The notes beneath the pieces are model-generated. The model ran no database searches, was not told the DNA's origin, and saw only the letters and a program-made list of their open reading frames with translations. The translations under genes and the position numbers were made by a program. A stretch of DNA of 64,000 bases from Fimbriosthenelais zetlandica (lineage: Eukaryota): positions 18,476,001 to 18,540,000 of the forward strand of contig OZ365116.1 of the NCBI GenBank assembly GCA_977030845.1, in the 5' to 3' direction. This document shows, in pieces, positions 14,201 through 28,000 of the stretch. Within the stretch, counting starts at the first letter, position 1, and the number at the start of each line of letters is the position of its first letter.

Positions 14201-17200
14201 CCAAACACCCAGGTTAAACCTAAGAGTGGCATCATCACTGCTATATTCCATATTGTTGCTCTGGAAAACAAATAGCAGTACATATTATGAGTTGAACGAC
14301 CTCATGCAAAGAACCCAAATTATCTATATGGGAAATGGAAGAGGTGCTGTCTAATTTACAGAATCTATACTTACTTCAGCCTATTCTTTTTCTCTGAGCC
14401 TTTCGATTTGGCAATCGTCCGAAGAATTACACATAGGATGCAGAAGTTGACCTGTAAATCAATTTCAGGGTATAATAGTTTGGGGGCTACTGTTTAAGAC
14501 TGGTACAAGAACCATTTATTGTTCAATGTTGAGTTATTTTGACCCTCCTGAATAAATATAGGCGTATAAAAAAACCCAGAGCTATATATTTAGTCACGAT
14601 GAAGCTATTTATAGGCCTACTTTGTTCTGGAATGTAATCAAAATTTGAATGACATGTTCCTGACAAATTATTAAGTATAGCCTACTTACAAGCACAACTA
14701 GAAGAGCAGGCCCAGCGAAGGCCGCTATTAGACCATTATCTTTTCTGAGCCAACAACTGCAATTATAAAAGACAAGTTTTTAGTTTAAAGCATGGAACCG
14801 TGAAATTAACATTTATTAGAGAATTTAATGTGTATGTGACTTTTTTACCAGTCCCGTCTTTTTATCATTGGTAATTAGATGACAGGGATGAGTGAGGAGG
14901 TATGAGGAATGATTTTCCTCTATCTAGGATACTCACTACTTGTCTGTACCGTAGCCTTCGCCCTTCGTAATGCTCAACGTAATGGCCACAATCACTGCTG
15001 GTAAGACTGAAAATATATGTTGGTAGACGTGTTTTATATGTGAAATGTTTCTTTAAAAACCTTCCAGAGAGTAAATTCTATGAATGTTTAGCTTGAATAA
15101 GAATTTCATAGTTGGTATAATATCTTCTCCTAAAAACTTTACTTACACCAACAAGTCAGTATTAAGAGGAATGTTTCCTTCTTTCGGCGGACATGGAAAA
15201 CTTGTACCACGTAGAGAATGAACTGTACGCCATCAGCGAACATCATAAAGAACGCTGCGAGGTAGAAAAAGTGAAGCAGCCCCGCTATGGCCATACAAAT
15301 CACCTGTAAAGGAAGGAAGTCATATATTACACACCCTTTAGCACACAAAACACTACTATAAATAGATATATTGTCTACATCTTTAATGTTAACATTTATT
15401 GATATAATTTAATTGATGATTTCTGATGTGTACTCACCCTAGTTTCTGTTCTGTTCACACCAGCCAGGAATATCGTATTGGCGATGATGAGCGCTATACA
15501 CAAGTTGATAAGCACTGCAGCGTGGTGGGACTTAACCCGTCTACAAATAAGACCATCATGTATTGATTAATATCACACAACCAATGACAGGTAAGATCTA
15601 TTTACAGATTTAATTAAATCATTTAATTTGATTTAACAATTGTTATTGAAGTTCAAGAAGTCACTTACTTCCATGAGAGAATGTAGAGAGATATTGTAAC
15701 GAACATTCCAAGAATTGAAAGCAGACATCCAATAACAGAAATAAGACTGAGAATTGTTTCATGCATTCCATCCTGTGGGAAGAAAAGGGACATAATACAT
15801 TATACTGAATCTGACCACCCTAGAGTGGACGGCGAAACAAATTCAAATAGGCTATTTAGGGTAAAGTGGGTTTGCTTTTTGAATCTAAAATTGATGCATG
15901 ATTCAGTAACATACCAGAGCATACGGGCTGATGAGAACCGCAAAGTTGGTGAGATGGTCACATGCGCAGACTGTGCCACTAGAGTTGTGATAGAGGACTT
16001 GACAACCCTTTTCAGACCAGAATCCGCCTCCTAAACTGTTGTACTCCCAGTATTTACACTCTGGACCTGCTTCGACAGTACTCTGAAAAAATCAGCAAAG
16101 TATAAGTCAATATTGAAGTTTGATTTATTCTGTACATTCATATATAGATTGAGTCTTGAATAGTAAGTAATATATTGAAAAGTTCAGAAACTTACATTGA
16201 GGGCTGAGAAGTGGAGATGGACTGGCGGTTTTAAATTCTTTCCTCGTGGTAGACCCTTAATGCTGCAAGACTGTACCCGGGAGTTGAAGAAGTCATCCCT
16301 GCAGAATAAATATCAAAAAATAGTAAGAAGTCTGGTTGATGAATATGTGAGAGAATATTGTCAAAAGCATACAAAAAAAGAGAAAAATATACCATACCTT
16401 CCACTAGGTAGGAAATCATTGATCGTATAGTACAGGGTACTCCAAATGGCGATCTTTTCTCCAGGAATGTCTGCGAATTAATTGAAATCGATGAATTATT
16501 TTTAAAGTTCGGAAGCATTCTAAATCATAAAACTCTTATCTTAATATATTTAGTATAGGGAATGGCGCTGTAGAAAAACATTAGTTACCTTCTGATAAGG
16601 ACTCTATTGTCTTTGCGTCCACGAGGACCTTGTCTGGAATCATACCTGATGGAACACCAGGTGGTGTTCTAGGTGTGAATTCTACATCGGCTTTGGTACC
16701 TTTGTATCTGGACTCAAGTTGGATTTCTGTTTGTGTCAAATACATGTATGTATAATGATATGTGATGGATAATTTGCTCTAAATGTTACAATAAAATTAG
16801 TAAAGAAAAGAGGCAACAGTTTCATCCTAAAATAAAAATCCATTACTTGTACATGCATAAGGCTCCTACATACCAAGGTTTGACACTGAGTATTGCATTT
16901 GACTTCCAGGAGGAACTTTCCTTGATGCCTGCTCAGCGATACGGTCCACAGATTTCATGAGCACGGAAGCGCGGCCGGGATGTCTCTGGAAACAAGGTAA
17001 AAAATAGTCAATTATGGAATTCTAAACATTAACATTAGGTTTAAGGAAATTAACAATATAATTATAGCCTCAATGTAGATACTGATCATCCAAAAAGGAG
17101 GCTGTAACTAGTATTAAGCTAATAACACTTACTTCTCGAATCGCCTCCCATCCTGGAGTATTCTTTTTTGAAAGAACGTTCCCAGCTGTGTTGACCAGCC

Positions 17201-20200
17201 TCTGTAAGAAATATACAAGATTTTAGAAGATCCCAGGTACTAGAAATATTTCCATATTAATCCCATTTTGAATTGACATATTTGTCTCAGACGGCACTAG
17301 CCGTATATGAGTTGACTTACCGTTGTCTGGGCATCACTAAAGTTAAAGTCCTGATCATGTGGGAGGCTGGTTAGAATATCCAGCGCTTCTAAGGTAGCAT
17401 TCAGATCGCCTCCACTCAGCCCGTTATCCGTTTCCACGTCCCTCCTAACCTTGTTGGTAAGCTCATTGACAGCATCCTCTACAGCGAATGACGGAACATC
17501 CACTTTGCCAGGTTCCTTCTTCACTTCTATATTCTGAGCCTACAATAGAATTGCCACTTTGTCAGTATCATTTTCCTGGATACCTTGATAAAGTAAAATC
17601 AATTATTACACTAATATATTGGGATATATGCTATATAGATGTACTTACACTCTCCAGTATCTTTTGGAAGTCCTCTGATACACACAGATTTACAGGTGGC
17701 CTCCAAGCAGGCTTCCCCCTTGTACCTTCTACGCATTTACGAACATAGGATCCTAAACAAATATATGGATGGTAATTATTTGAAAATTCAATATATGAAA
17801 ATTCAATATTCAAAATTCTTCTAGCAATCCTCCCAAGGATAGTGTTAACGAAATATACCAAATTTATACTAGTGTACCAAAAATACCAATGTTGATGCAC
17901 TTTACTGAAAAGGGACATTTGTTATATTGAAATTATTTAATAGGAATAGTAGATTATCATCACATTTCATTACCTGACAGTGGTGCACAACGTTGTTCTA
18001 TCTCTGTCCCCACTGGCGTTCGTTTCCAAAATTTACCATCAAACGTATCATCTTGGCAATACATGATTTTTGTATCTAATAGATAAATAGATTACATTTC
18101 AATATGTATTATTCAAATGCTTCGTGAGATATGAGTTATTCAAATCAAGCCTAGCTACCATAGTGTAGCTTTAAGTTAATGACATGTCATGTATTCTGTT
18201 CTTGGCCTTGAGTTAATTCCCTCTGGTAATACTGGGTGATATTTCAATCCAAGCAGTTGTTAAGGATTAGAGAAATCATTGTAAACCGCAAAAAAAAATA
18301 GAGCTTAAGGATCCCAGGGTATAGGGATTAAATGCACCAAGTAAGGCCATGAGGAATGAGAATAGAATAGCCACATTTAGGACTAGCCTCTATGCATTCG
18401 ATCTCTAGAGGAGAATCTAATGCAAGCATGATTGTTGAAATAGTAAAGAAAATATTTGGTAACAGCAGTGTTGCGCATACACCGTGATTAGCACCAACAG
18501 AGAAAAAAGTTGGCACAAGGATGAGTAGATTATTATCTTCAACATGCATGTGGAACATGCTGGAACACTTTACCTCATTACCTCAGCTCTCCCATCATTG
18601 GTGTGCTTTGTTCTGCTAATATCTCAAAGAAATCCTTTCACTCACTGAATCAAATCTTTTTGGCTCACTACTCTTCCCAAAAGGAACTATTGTTTACTAT
18701 TTTGAAATGATAACAGAACTGAACTCTGAAACACTGTCCTAAGGAATCCTTCATTTATTTATAGAATATGACCAATCATGCACTAATTAGCTACTATGTC
18801 ACTCATAATAATTTAACCTTTAATCAAGCCTTCTATCTTGAGGGAATGTTGTCTGTGACTCAAAGTATTTATAAATATCTCCTTAGTCATATATTAGTAT
18901 CAAAATGATTGGCAATTTGCTGCACCTATCACTACCATTCCTCTGATAAAACATGGACTGTTGTCAATGTTATTTTAACTGAAGCTTACCTACAGTAGAT
19001 GAAGGCACTACGGTTGCTGTAGTGGTAGCCGCATTCTCAGTTGTTGACAGATCAGTAGACCCAGTTGTAGCATTAGTAATTCCAGCCATTGGGGTAGGAG
19101 TTACAGTGACTGCATTATCAACGTCAGGAAAACTGGTTTCCTCCGTTGTTGCGTCAGTGGTTGTAACTGAAGCAGAAGCCTCACTAATATTAGTAATGGA
19201 AGGAGAATAGGAAACCATGGGCATATTAGTTGACTTATCCTTATTTATCAATGTTGAGAATGAGCTAATAGTTGAAGTATTCTCTTGTACTGTGGTTTTG
19301 GGTAAGGAAGAAGTTGAGAAAGTGGAAGAGGATAAGGTCGAAGACATAGTGGGACGGGATTCAGTAGTTGATGAGATATTGGGGGTAGGGCTATGGGGGG
19401 TTTGACTATCTGGTGAAGAAAGGGGAGTGGAATCAGGGCCTGCATCTGTAGTTGATACATAGATCGGCTCGTCTGTCACAGTGAACATGGTGGTGGGGGT
19501 TTCTGTTAGAGTGGGGGTGACAGTGGTTGATGTGACAGTGTCAGAGATAGAGGTACTTGATAGGGACAGAGGTGTACTATCAGATTCTGGTGTAGAAGTG
19601 CTTGATAGGGACAGAGGTGTACTATCAGATTCTGGTGTAGAAGTGCTTGATAGGGACAGAGGTGTACTCTCAGATTCTGGTGTAGAAGTGCTTGATAGGG
19701 ACAGAGGTGTACTCTCAGATTCTGGTGTAGAAGCAGAGTCTTGAGTGGTGGTGGGTTCTACAGAGGTGGGGGAAGAGGACAGAGTAGTGGAAGGCAAGTA
19801 AGCTAGTGTAGTAGAGGAAGGGTCTGTGAGCATAATTTGTTTACCAGTTGTGGACTGTGTAATCACAGAAGGTGATGTTGATATTTTTGTTGGTGTGACA
19901 GTTTCAGTTGGCATGGGGCTTGTAACAACCTGTGTGGTTGGGGACAAGGTTTCCTCATTGTTGGTAGTAGTAGTAGTACTAGCATTCATACCATCCTCAG
20001 ACCTAAGTGTTGTCTCAGTTGTTATAAGCGTTACACTTGTTAGGTTAGTGGGCTTTTGCGACTGAGATGTTGATGAAAAAATCTCTCCACCACTCGTGCT
20101 CGCGTCACTAATATTCTCAACACTTGTTGTACCTTTTCGTGGAGATGATGTCGTCGTTGACGGTGGCCCTGATTTAGTCATTGGTGTGCTGTTCTTAAAT

Positions 20201-22040
20201 ATACTAGTGGGTATACCTGTAGTTATGCGGGTTGTTGTGCGAGTGTTCTCATCTTGTTTTGCCGGTGTACTCGTTGGAGTACTTGGGCGCCAGGTCGAAC
20301 GAGTTTTTGTCGTCTTAGAAACAGATTTCCTAGTAGGTGTATTGGTATAGATAGTTGACGGAGTGGAACGTGTTGTAGTGGAAGGTGTAACGGCAGATGT
20401 TGTAGTGGAAGGTCTAGTAGTATCGGGAAATAGTGGCAGTTTATCTTTACCATTACATTTCAGCGTTATACATTCACCCTGAGTGTCATTGACGCAGCTA
20501 CATGTCTTTACGTCATAAAACGTACCACTAGCACAGGACCCTTGCATCCAGATATAACCTAAGCACATGAAATGTCTACGACAATCTGTTGGATGCAGAT
20601 GGGTTTGTAATGCAGTGTCAGCATTACAAGTACTGTGATTCCTCCTCGTCGGGGAGTTACACAGTGAGTCTATTGTCATATTCTTGGTGATATCCACACA
20701 GACTGGGTATGCAGGTTCAGGGATCTCAGGTGTGGTCGTCTCTGTAACATAGGGAATGGAAAATGTAGGTGAGGCTTGGACATGAGTGGACGAGCTCACA
20801 GGTGTTACACTTTCACATGGAGGTGTGCATTCATACGATTTGTTAGCTCGCATACATTGGTTGATTCTCCAGTCAAAAAAGGGCTGAGTTTCAGGACATT
20901 GACCCCTTGCCCAGAATGCCCCACCAAAGCATAGGTAAAAAGCAGAGCAGTCATTTGGATCTCCTATGACTTTTTGATTTAAGCAAGGCAGTGGTAAATT
21001 ACATTCAATGCGTGTGTTAGGCAGCGGTGATGCTGATGTTATTGGTGGAGCAGTAGGTGATTTACCTGGGCATGGTAGTTGGCAAGTAGCCTCATGTGTA
21101 TGGTTACATTTAAGGGTGAGAGAATCAAACCGGGTCCCAGGGCTACAGGGCCTTTTAATCCAACGGTTGAAGACGCATTCTTGATAAAAATTACAATTAG
21201 AAGGGTCTGGCATGAGTGTTTGACTGGAACAGTTGTGAGAACTGAGATTACAAACAGGGTCGTCGGGATTAGCAAATGGTCCTGTTTGAGATATTTGAGT
21301 TGTCACCGTGGTAGATCCATTACCTATGTCAGGATCAGGTATATCAGTTGTTGTTTCACTTTGCCTTGGTGGAGTTGGAGTTGGTACTTCATCTCTACAG
21401 GTATAACAGATGGCGGTAGGGTTTTGTGTACATGACATGGTCCGCACATCAAACTTTTCTCTTCTAGTACAGGTTTGGTTTTGCCACTGATTTTGCTTGC
21501 AACGTGAAAAGCTTCTGCAGTTCAACGGATCAGGGAATAGCTCTGAAAGGTTGCAAAGATCTGGCCGAGGTATGCAGAAGGTTATATTATCAAAACGCCT
21601 GGGGAGGGATGGCCTGTTGTTTCCTCTATTTCCTTGACCAGGAGGAGTCCATCCAGGAGGTCGACCCGGTGGTGTACCAGTATCGTCCTCGTCACCTCCA
21701 GGTACTCCTTGACCAGGTCTCGTGTTAGGCACCCCACCAGCCGCCTTACCAGCACCTTGCCCTTGGCCTTGTACCATTGATATCAAGCCTGCAAATGGAA
21801 AAAGATCATGCACAAGGACATTAATGTTGCCTCTTTAATATTATATTAGACATCGACTCGTGATAAAAACTGATCTCATATTGAGTGCCAGTCATGGTAG
21901 AAAATTAGAAATTGCAATTGTGGAATGATATTTATATGTATCTGTAGGCTTATCTGATATGAGACATTTCTGACATAGGCCTACTTACCAATAAGACAGA
22001 TGATGAAGACAATTCGTAACCCAGCTGATGATAAATCCAT
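11232..22040 (-). CDS. Adhesion GPCR (7tm_2 family) with four N-terminal chitin-binding type-2-like domains, mucin stalk, HormR and GAIN/GPS; ~2056 aa
   Basis: 21 GT-AG exons with matching phases: 22040-21989, 21788-18990, 18075-17974, 17752-17649, 17539-17321, 17201-17133, 16985-16874, 16726-16589, 16470-16398, 16298-16196, 16082-15915, 15772-15669, 15540-15438, 15303-15147, 15006-14937, 14756-14690, 14451-14375, 14260-14134, 13925-13884, 13747-13658, 12626-11232 (sum 6171 nt, divisible by 3). Motifs: signal peptide MDLSSAGLRIVFIICLIGLISMVQG; HormR YCQDDTFDGKFWKRTPVG..RC..G.Y.RKC..W.PP..C; GAIN LSGGDL..FNSRV..L.PPV; TM motifs LHFFYLAAFF, CWL..GLIAAFAGP, PLLGLTWVFG, NSLQGFFIFFFHC. Confidence 0.9.
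15915..16082 (-). CDS. GPS autoproteolysis exon of the adhesion GPCR
   Basis: Translates STVEAGPECKYWEYNSLGGGFWSEKGCQVLYHNSSGTVCACDHLTNFAVLISPYAL: canonical C.W..W...GC..C.C.HL/TNFAVL, with an intact H-L-T cleavage site and Stachel-like sequence. Confidence 0.95.
19559..19733 (-). repeat. 45-bp coding tandem repeat x4 in the mucin-like stalk (STPESE/DSTPLSLSST)
   Basis: tgatagggacagaggtgtact(a/c)tcagattctggtgtagaagtgct repeated four times, near-identical. Confidence 0.95.
20455..21580 (-). CDS. Four chitin-binding type-2 (CBM14/peritrophin-A)-like domains within exon 2 of the adhesion GPCR
   Basis: Four units matching C..(D/H)PxxCxxF/YxxC..W..C..G..F/YD..C..C, e.g. PDPSNCNFYQECVFNRWIKRPCSPGTRFDSLTLKC, separated by Thr/Pro-rich linkers. 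Confidence 0.85.
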
Positions 22041-25000
22041 GATGCTCTTCTCACTTTAGTGGTTATCAGGCTGCTAACTTCTTACTGAAACATACAAATT
22101 CACAAACAAATATATATTAAGTAGTCAGGAACACAGAAATAAGAAGCGATAGAGTATCATTTCATTAGGATTTTAAATGCCTTCCCTCGTCATACTTCCC
22201 GCCCCCTGAATATATCAAAGATGTAAACTTGAATCATATCAAGGCACGAATAAGGATCAAAACAGGCAGATTTATTTTGTGACTCAGAGGTACTCAACTG
22301 TCTTTTTTTGGCACTTTGATCCCTCGTGCCAGGAGGGAGAAGGTTTGGTTATATGGAACAAGATCCATTTAAAATAAGGCGAGTACCCAATGTTTACTCA
22401 TCCTTAATAACTAGCTACTACTGATGAGTATGTATTAGTAAAAAGGGATGTCATGGTACCAAACGGAGAATCCTCAAAGGTAATCTTATTCAGTAGATGA
22501 GGTAAAGTTGTCATGTAAATAACCATCCACCCTGGCTTGTCAACGGCCTCTTGCCTATACATGCATTAAAAACACCTGGACTCTTAGATAAACTTTCAGC
22601 TATTTACTTCTTTACGGGGCTTGGCTTGGTGTGCCCTTCCCAATACCTTTTAAGGAAGTGTGGCGAGACCACTGCTTTGACTGTCACCTGTGGGTGGATT
22701 GACAAAGATGGGGTCCATCTTTGTGTGAGGAAATACCAGCGCCCCATTCTTACATATCCTCCTTCATTGTGTGTACATTGATTGTATAGGTATGTATATC
22801 TGCCTGAAGCCCACTCCAATCTATGGAGGAAAACATCCCGAGTTGGTGATGTCTATACAACAACACATGATGAGTGGGAGTCTTATTTTATTCTTCATAT
22901 CACAGAAAAACCTTCCTAGTTTAATCTGACCTAGATGCTCATCCACCGGCAACGGAGAAAATTGAGATCTAAAATTTTATGAGAATCAGAGCGTGGTATG
23001 ATTGTTTCCTTCTAGACCTTCTTTACTTTTCACTGATTCTTTACACTGCCCACCTGCTATCCAAATATATACATATTAGCTGTCTAATATGTTACACAAT
23101 CTATCAATTTATAATCCATCTATTAACAAGGGCTCATGTATTACGGTACCGGTACTCAAACATTAGGAAGAATTAGATATAGATCTATATAAAGGAAGCC
23201 ATGCCTCCATGAATATGTTAATGGCTTGAGAAACATATGTTCCATGTGATGCCATCGTATCCTGATACAGAGTGTAACTATCATTTGACAATAATTGTCC
23301 TATGTTCAACCCTGACTCTTTAACAATTGCCTTGATTACATTAAGACCTGACCCCAGATGATGCATGGCTTATATACGGTACATTGTGTATGCCTCAGTC
23401 GTCCCATTCACAGGGCTACTGTACATTAATGTCCCTGAGCTAAGCATGTCCAGGAGCATGCCGTCCACCTTGGCATGCATTCATTTTGTTGATCATGATG
23501 ATATCATTGTTTTTTTTTGTCCTGTCATGGTCCATTCATTGGTTCAGAGCCAATAATGCTAGAGATGAGCACTTGATATTTTACCATAATATTACCACTG
23601 TACTTTCCACTTCCAGTTTAAAAAAATCATGTCAAACAGGTGAAGGTGTAAGGTATGCCTCAACAAAGGCTCAAACACGATTTGTGTGAAACACCAACCT
23701 TTTTCAAAGAATGTATATAGTGTTCCTCGAGGGGGGAGTCACTAAAATTTGGCTCACTTGGCCAGAGTTACGGGCCCCGGAGACTTTTTTCAGTACTATA
23801 CTAACTTTGGATCAGTCGAGCATTGCGGATCACTCAGTAGTCATGTGTCGTGATAAAATATACCAACAGAGAAAATAAGATGTAATTACCAATATTTACA
23901 TGTCTTGACATGATGATTATTGTTATAAAAAGACCCATGCAATCCCCTAATATACCCTAATCTGGGGTAATTTATATATGTTGTGAGAGAAGATAACATC
24001 ACAGTTCATCTGTTTATAGTTATTTATATCAGGTTTTCTCGTGCGTCATTAATTACAGGGTGGTATTTACACTGATTTTACGTTGTTAGATGTGTTCCTT
24101 GTGATGATGTAAAGAGTTAAGAACGCTATACGTTCACTAACCTATCAGGACATACACGTCATACACGATGGCCAGGTATAATTTTGTTGCTTTTTAATGG
24201 CTTTTATGGAATCATGTTCTATTTTGGGACGCTTAAATATTCTTGGTCTATTTCAAGGAAGTATATTTCAAGGAAAATGTTCTTCAAAGTAAGGTTGAAT
24301 TCGAAAACATCTTCACTCTATTTCCTGACGTAATTTTCATAATTAAGGAATTATGTCATTCTTAATTGTATTTTACGTCTATAAAGTTACTTAAGACTTC
24401 ATGATCGCTGACAAATTCCAGACAAGGAAATTTATCATTTCAAATTGGTATCGGTCATCATGGAATATATCAACGGGAAATTTTCATATCCTTTCACAGA
24501 TTATTGAATGATGGACTACCACCCACACAAACCCTTATAAGCCGGAGGTGAAAGAGTACAGACAACCACAAAAGAACAATGATACACTGGGCCTCTGAGG
24601 GTTGAATGTGTTATTAATGTATGGAGGGTGGTAAAGTTAGGTGCACATTTCATGGACTGCAAGATTTGCACCTTGTCCATGCCCTCAAGCCAACCCACCC
24701 TAGCCGGGGTTTGGTACTGTCACACAATAGTGAAGTCCGTTATGACACATTAAAAAGTGATGCTAGCCACCTACACTCAAACGTCATCTTTCTGGAGAGA
24801 ATTTTTGTTTAAATCATAATAGAAAGGGTTATTATGTTGAGTATCTTCCAATACCACCCAATTATTATCTCTAAACTGCTTCCCTCAATCAGTGAAATCC
24901 ATTTTACAATCATCTCAGAGCATGGGAATATGAGCTGATAATTGCATGATAGAACTAAATCCGTGCCTCTCATGGGAGGAGACATGGATTTATGATCCAA

Positions 25001-28000
25001 TTTAAAGACTGCATGAAACATTTACCCCAGATTATACAGCATACACTCTACAGCAACTGGTGCGTGCAGGGAAGTTTGGCATTCGTCCTCGGAGGCAATA
25101 TAGGCCTGTAAAATAGAGGGACATTGTCCTCACAATGAAATCCATTGTGATCTTCCACCAGAGAAATGCCTTCTTGTCTGCTGACGCTGTATTACCATCT
25201 CCTATACTAGGATCACTCCACCCTCAGGCTACAGATGGGTGATAGGAAGGTGTAGGATTTCTCCTATTCATGATCTTTCTATCTGCCCGAGTCCTGACTT
25301 GAGCCAGGACTTCAGCATGCGCCTTTAAAAATGAAGTGAATCCAATGACATGCACATTGTGTACGATATGCGGTCATAGGCTTCCTTTGTGTGAAAATAA
25401 GACTAGTCAAATAATGCCTCTTGCTCCAACATTAATTGGTGGTAAAAACTCAGACAGGATTTACAGTTTATGTAGCAGAGAAACATGGCACTCCTTGAAC
25501 ACAGGCGCTGCTAGATAAGTACGCCATCTCACGCCATGTCGGCAGCAGAACTTAGAAATGCAATAATGCTAGACATTCCTCAAATACCTATTGTAGGTAT
25601 TCACCTAATCCTGTGTAGCTTTAATGTCCTCCCTCATTGCGCTACTTAATTGTGACTTAACTTGACAAGCATTTGTAATTTTGGCAAAATATGACAGATT
25701 GCCAGCCAGAATTAAATGATATTAAGTCCTCCTTCTATTGGATTTATATCACATTGCAATCTATATCTACTCAAGTCCACAAAACTACATCATATAGCCG
25801 GAGACTAAACAAAGCCGACATTGTTGTCAATGGTTTTATTGTATTCTCATCTTGAGGGGAATGGTCTGAAATCATGATACCAATGACATGCATTTCTCTG
25901 CATTTGGTGCACCATCCATGCAAGTAAAAAATGGCAACATAATTATTTGGTCGTTTATCACAGACTAAGAGCAATGGGTGAACCAGTTAAAGCTGACACA
26001 TAAGTGACATCAGCCTTTCAGGTGTGTGAGATGTGTATTAATTAAAGGGTGGATACTTTAAAGGTATCCAAGTTGGTGCCTGGATCTGGACCACATCTCT
26101 ACAGTTGTTGTGGTCAGTTGGAATAATGCAATATGAAAAATCATGATGCTCTGCTGTGCCAAATCATGACATCATATGAAATCATAATATGTTAGATTTG
26201 TTTGGTTCGAATTTGTTAGATTTGTTTCGAAAGTTAAAAGTTTTCAATGGATCCTTTCTCAGTCATCCGTATAACATACACATGTATGTGGAAAGACGAA
26301 AATAATATTATATCCATCTTTCAGTGGGTCGTAAAAAACAAAATTAATATAAATTCTTGGCAACTGTACCTGGGAATAATTAGAATTTCAATCCTAGTTC
26401 TTGGGAAACTAATATATAGCTAGGTCCTTCATAAATCCACTGTAATAGTTTGTAAGTCAAAATGACAAGGTTCTTATAAGCCATTTCTTTGTGTTGGAGG
26501 TGCCTATAGGGATACCAATGGGCGGACTGCAGGTGGGTTTCTGGGTAGGAGCATGCCTAAGGGGAATCCCCTTCTTTGGTCAGTCCCCGGGCGTATTGTT
26601 ATCCAGCCAAATAATTTACACTCCCATCATACATGGCTGACCTATTGTTGTTGGCCAGCATGCTGGCAGGTGGAACTACCTTGAATCATAAAGCTATGCA
26701 TTATTAATATCGAGGGATTAGTATATCTGTTGTTACCTAACTGATAATCAAAGGTATGTATTTAGTCACAAGTAAACTGAACAATGCTTTTGCATGAAAG
26801 TCATGAGTCATGCGACCTTCGACCTTTCTTGATTGTATTTCAATCTTAACAGAAAAAAAAGGTTTAAAGTCATAGGTTGAATAGACCATATACACTGGTA
26901 AGAGAAAATGAAGCTTAGCCTTTGGTGAGATTTCAGATTTGCAGTTATGTTGGCCCAGAAGCGGTACCTACTATAGGGAACTATTGACGTTCTGAAAAGT
27001 AAGATCTGAAAGACCTTGTGTGTTAAGGGATGCCTCAGTGGCGCCTCTATTCCTGTAGGTAGAATCCCATTGCCTTAAGAGGAAAAAGGTAAGAGGAACA
27101 GTCAGTAGAATCTAATGGGGAAAAACTAATGCTAAATTACGTGTTATCACCTGTAGCAGCAAGGCCTTCCGGTACGACAAAAAGTGACTAATGGAATGAA
27201 GGTAGTCAGACTGGATGCCAGGCCGTCCGTGTATATCTCATTATACAGGGGATCAGTTAGCATCAGCTATCACCTGGCTGCTGGCTTCTTCACCGCAAGT
27301 TTTGATCAGGTAAAAAAAACAAGTTGGAAAACAATATTTACCCAGAAATAGTAGATATAATACACCAGTATATGCCATAAATATTTGCCCCAAGTAGATT
27401 TACTTTTTATCAGGTTAATGTTTGCATGGGGGATCATAGAATAAAGGCCACTTGTTCACAGTATAGGGGATCACAGGAAGCTTTCTCTGCCAAGCAACTT
27501 ACTCTCATTCACATCTATCCCCGGCTTGACAATGGCTGTAAACAGTGGTAAGAATCAAAGAAAAATAAATAAACTTCTTTGTCACCTCGTAGGACGAATA
27601 GGGTGCATTAACCACTATACAAACATTTGTACATGTATTGATCAAGAAATTGGACTATAATACAATTTGCTTATCCATGAGACCCTCCCTGGAGGCCACC
27701 CGGGCTCATTATAAATCTAAAGGGAAGGCCGGCATATTTTGATACCTCACAAGTCTCCTGGACACGACTTTCTGTTAAAAAACATTAAGTCATTGCTTTA
27801 GGAAAAATACTTTCTTGGCACATTAGGAATGGAAAGGCAGACTTTATATACATGTGTTTGTCAGTTCAGGGGAATTGGCAGTGCTTTGTATCTTTCGTCT
27901 AGTGAGGGATGTTTAGGCCTGTAAATAGCCGCTGTCTGGCTAAATGCCATCTTTTCTTATGAATCCTTTGAGAATCATCTCTGTAAGGATCAAACTTCCT

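Noticed and set aside
18575-18615. Extra small exon between the mucin and HormR exons of the aGPCR
   Set aside because: Its phases (1 in, 2 out) do not fit the next exon, and the direct 18990-18075 join is already in frame.
19022-21728. Plus-strand Val/Gly-rich ORFs opposite the mucin exon
   Set aside because: Antisense shadows of Thr/Ser/Pro-rich codons.
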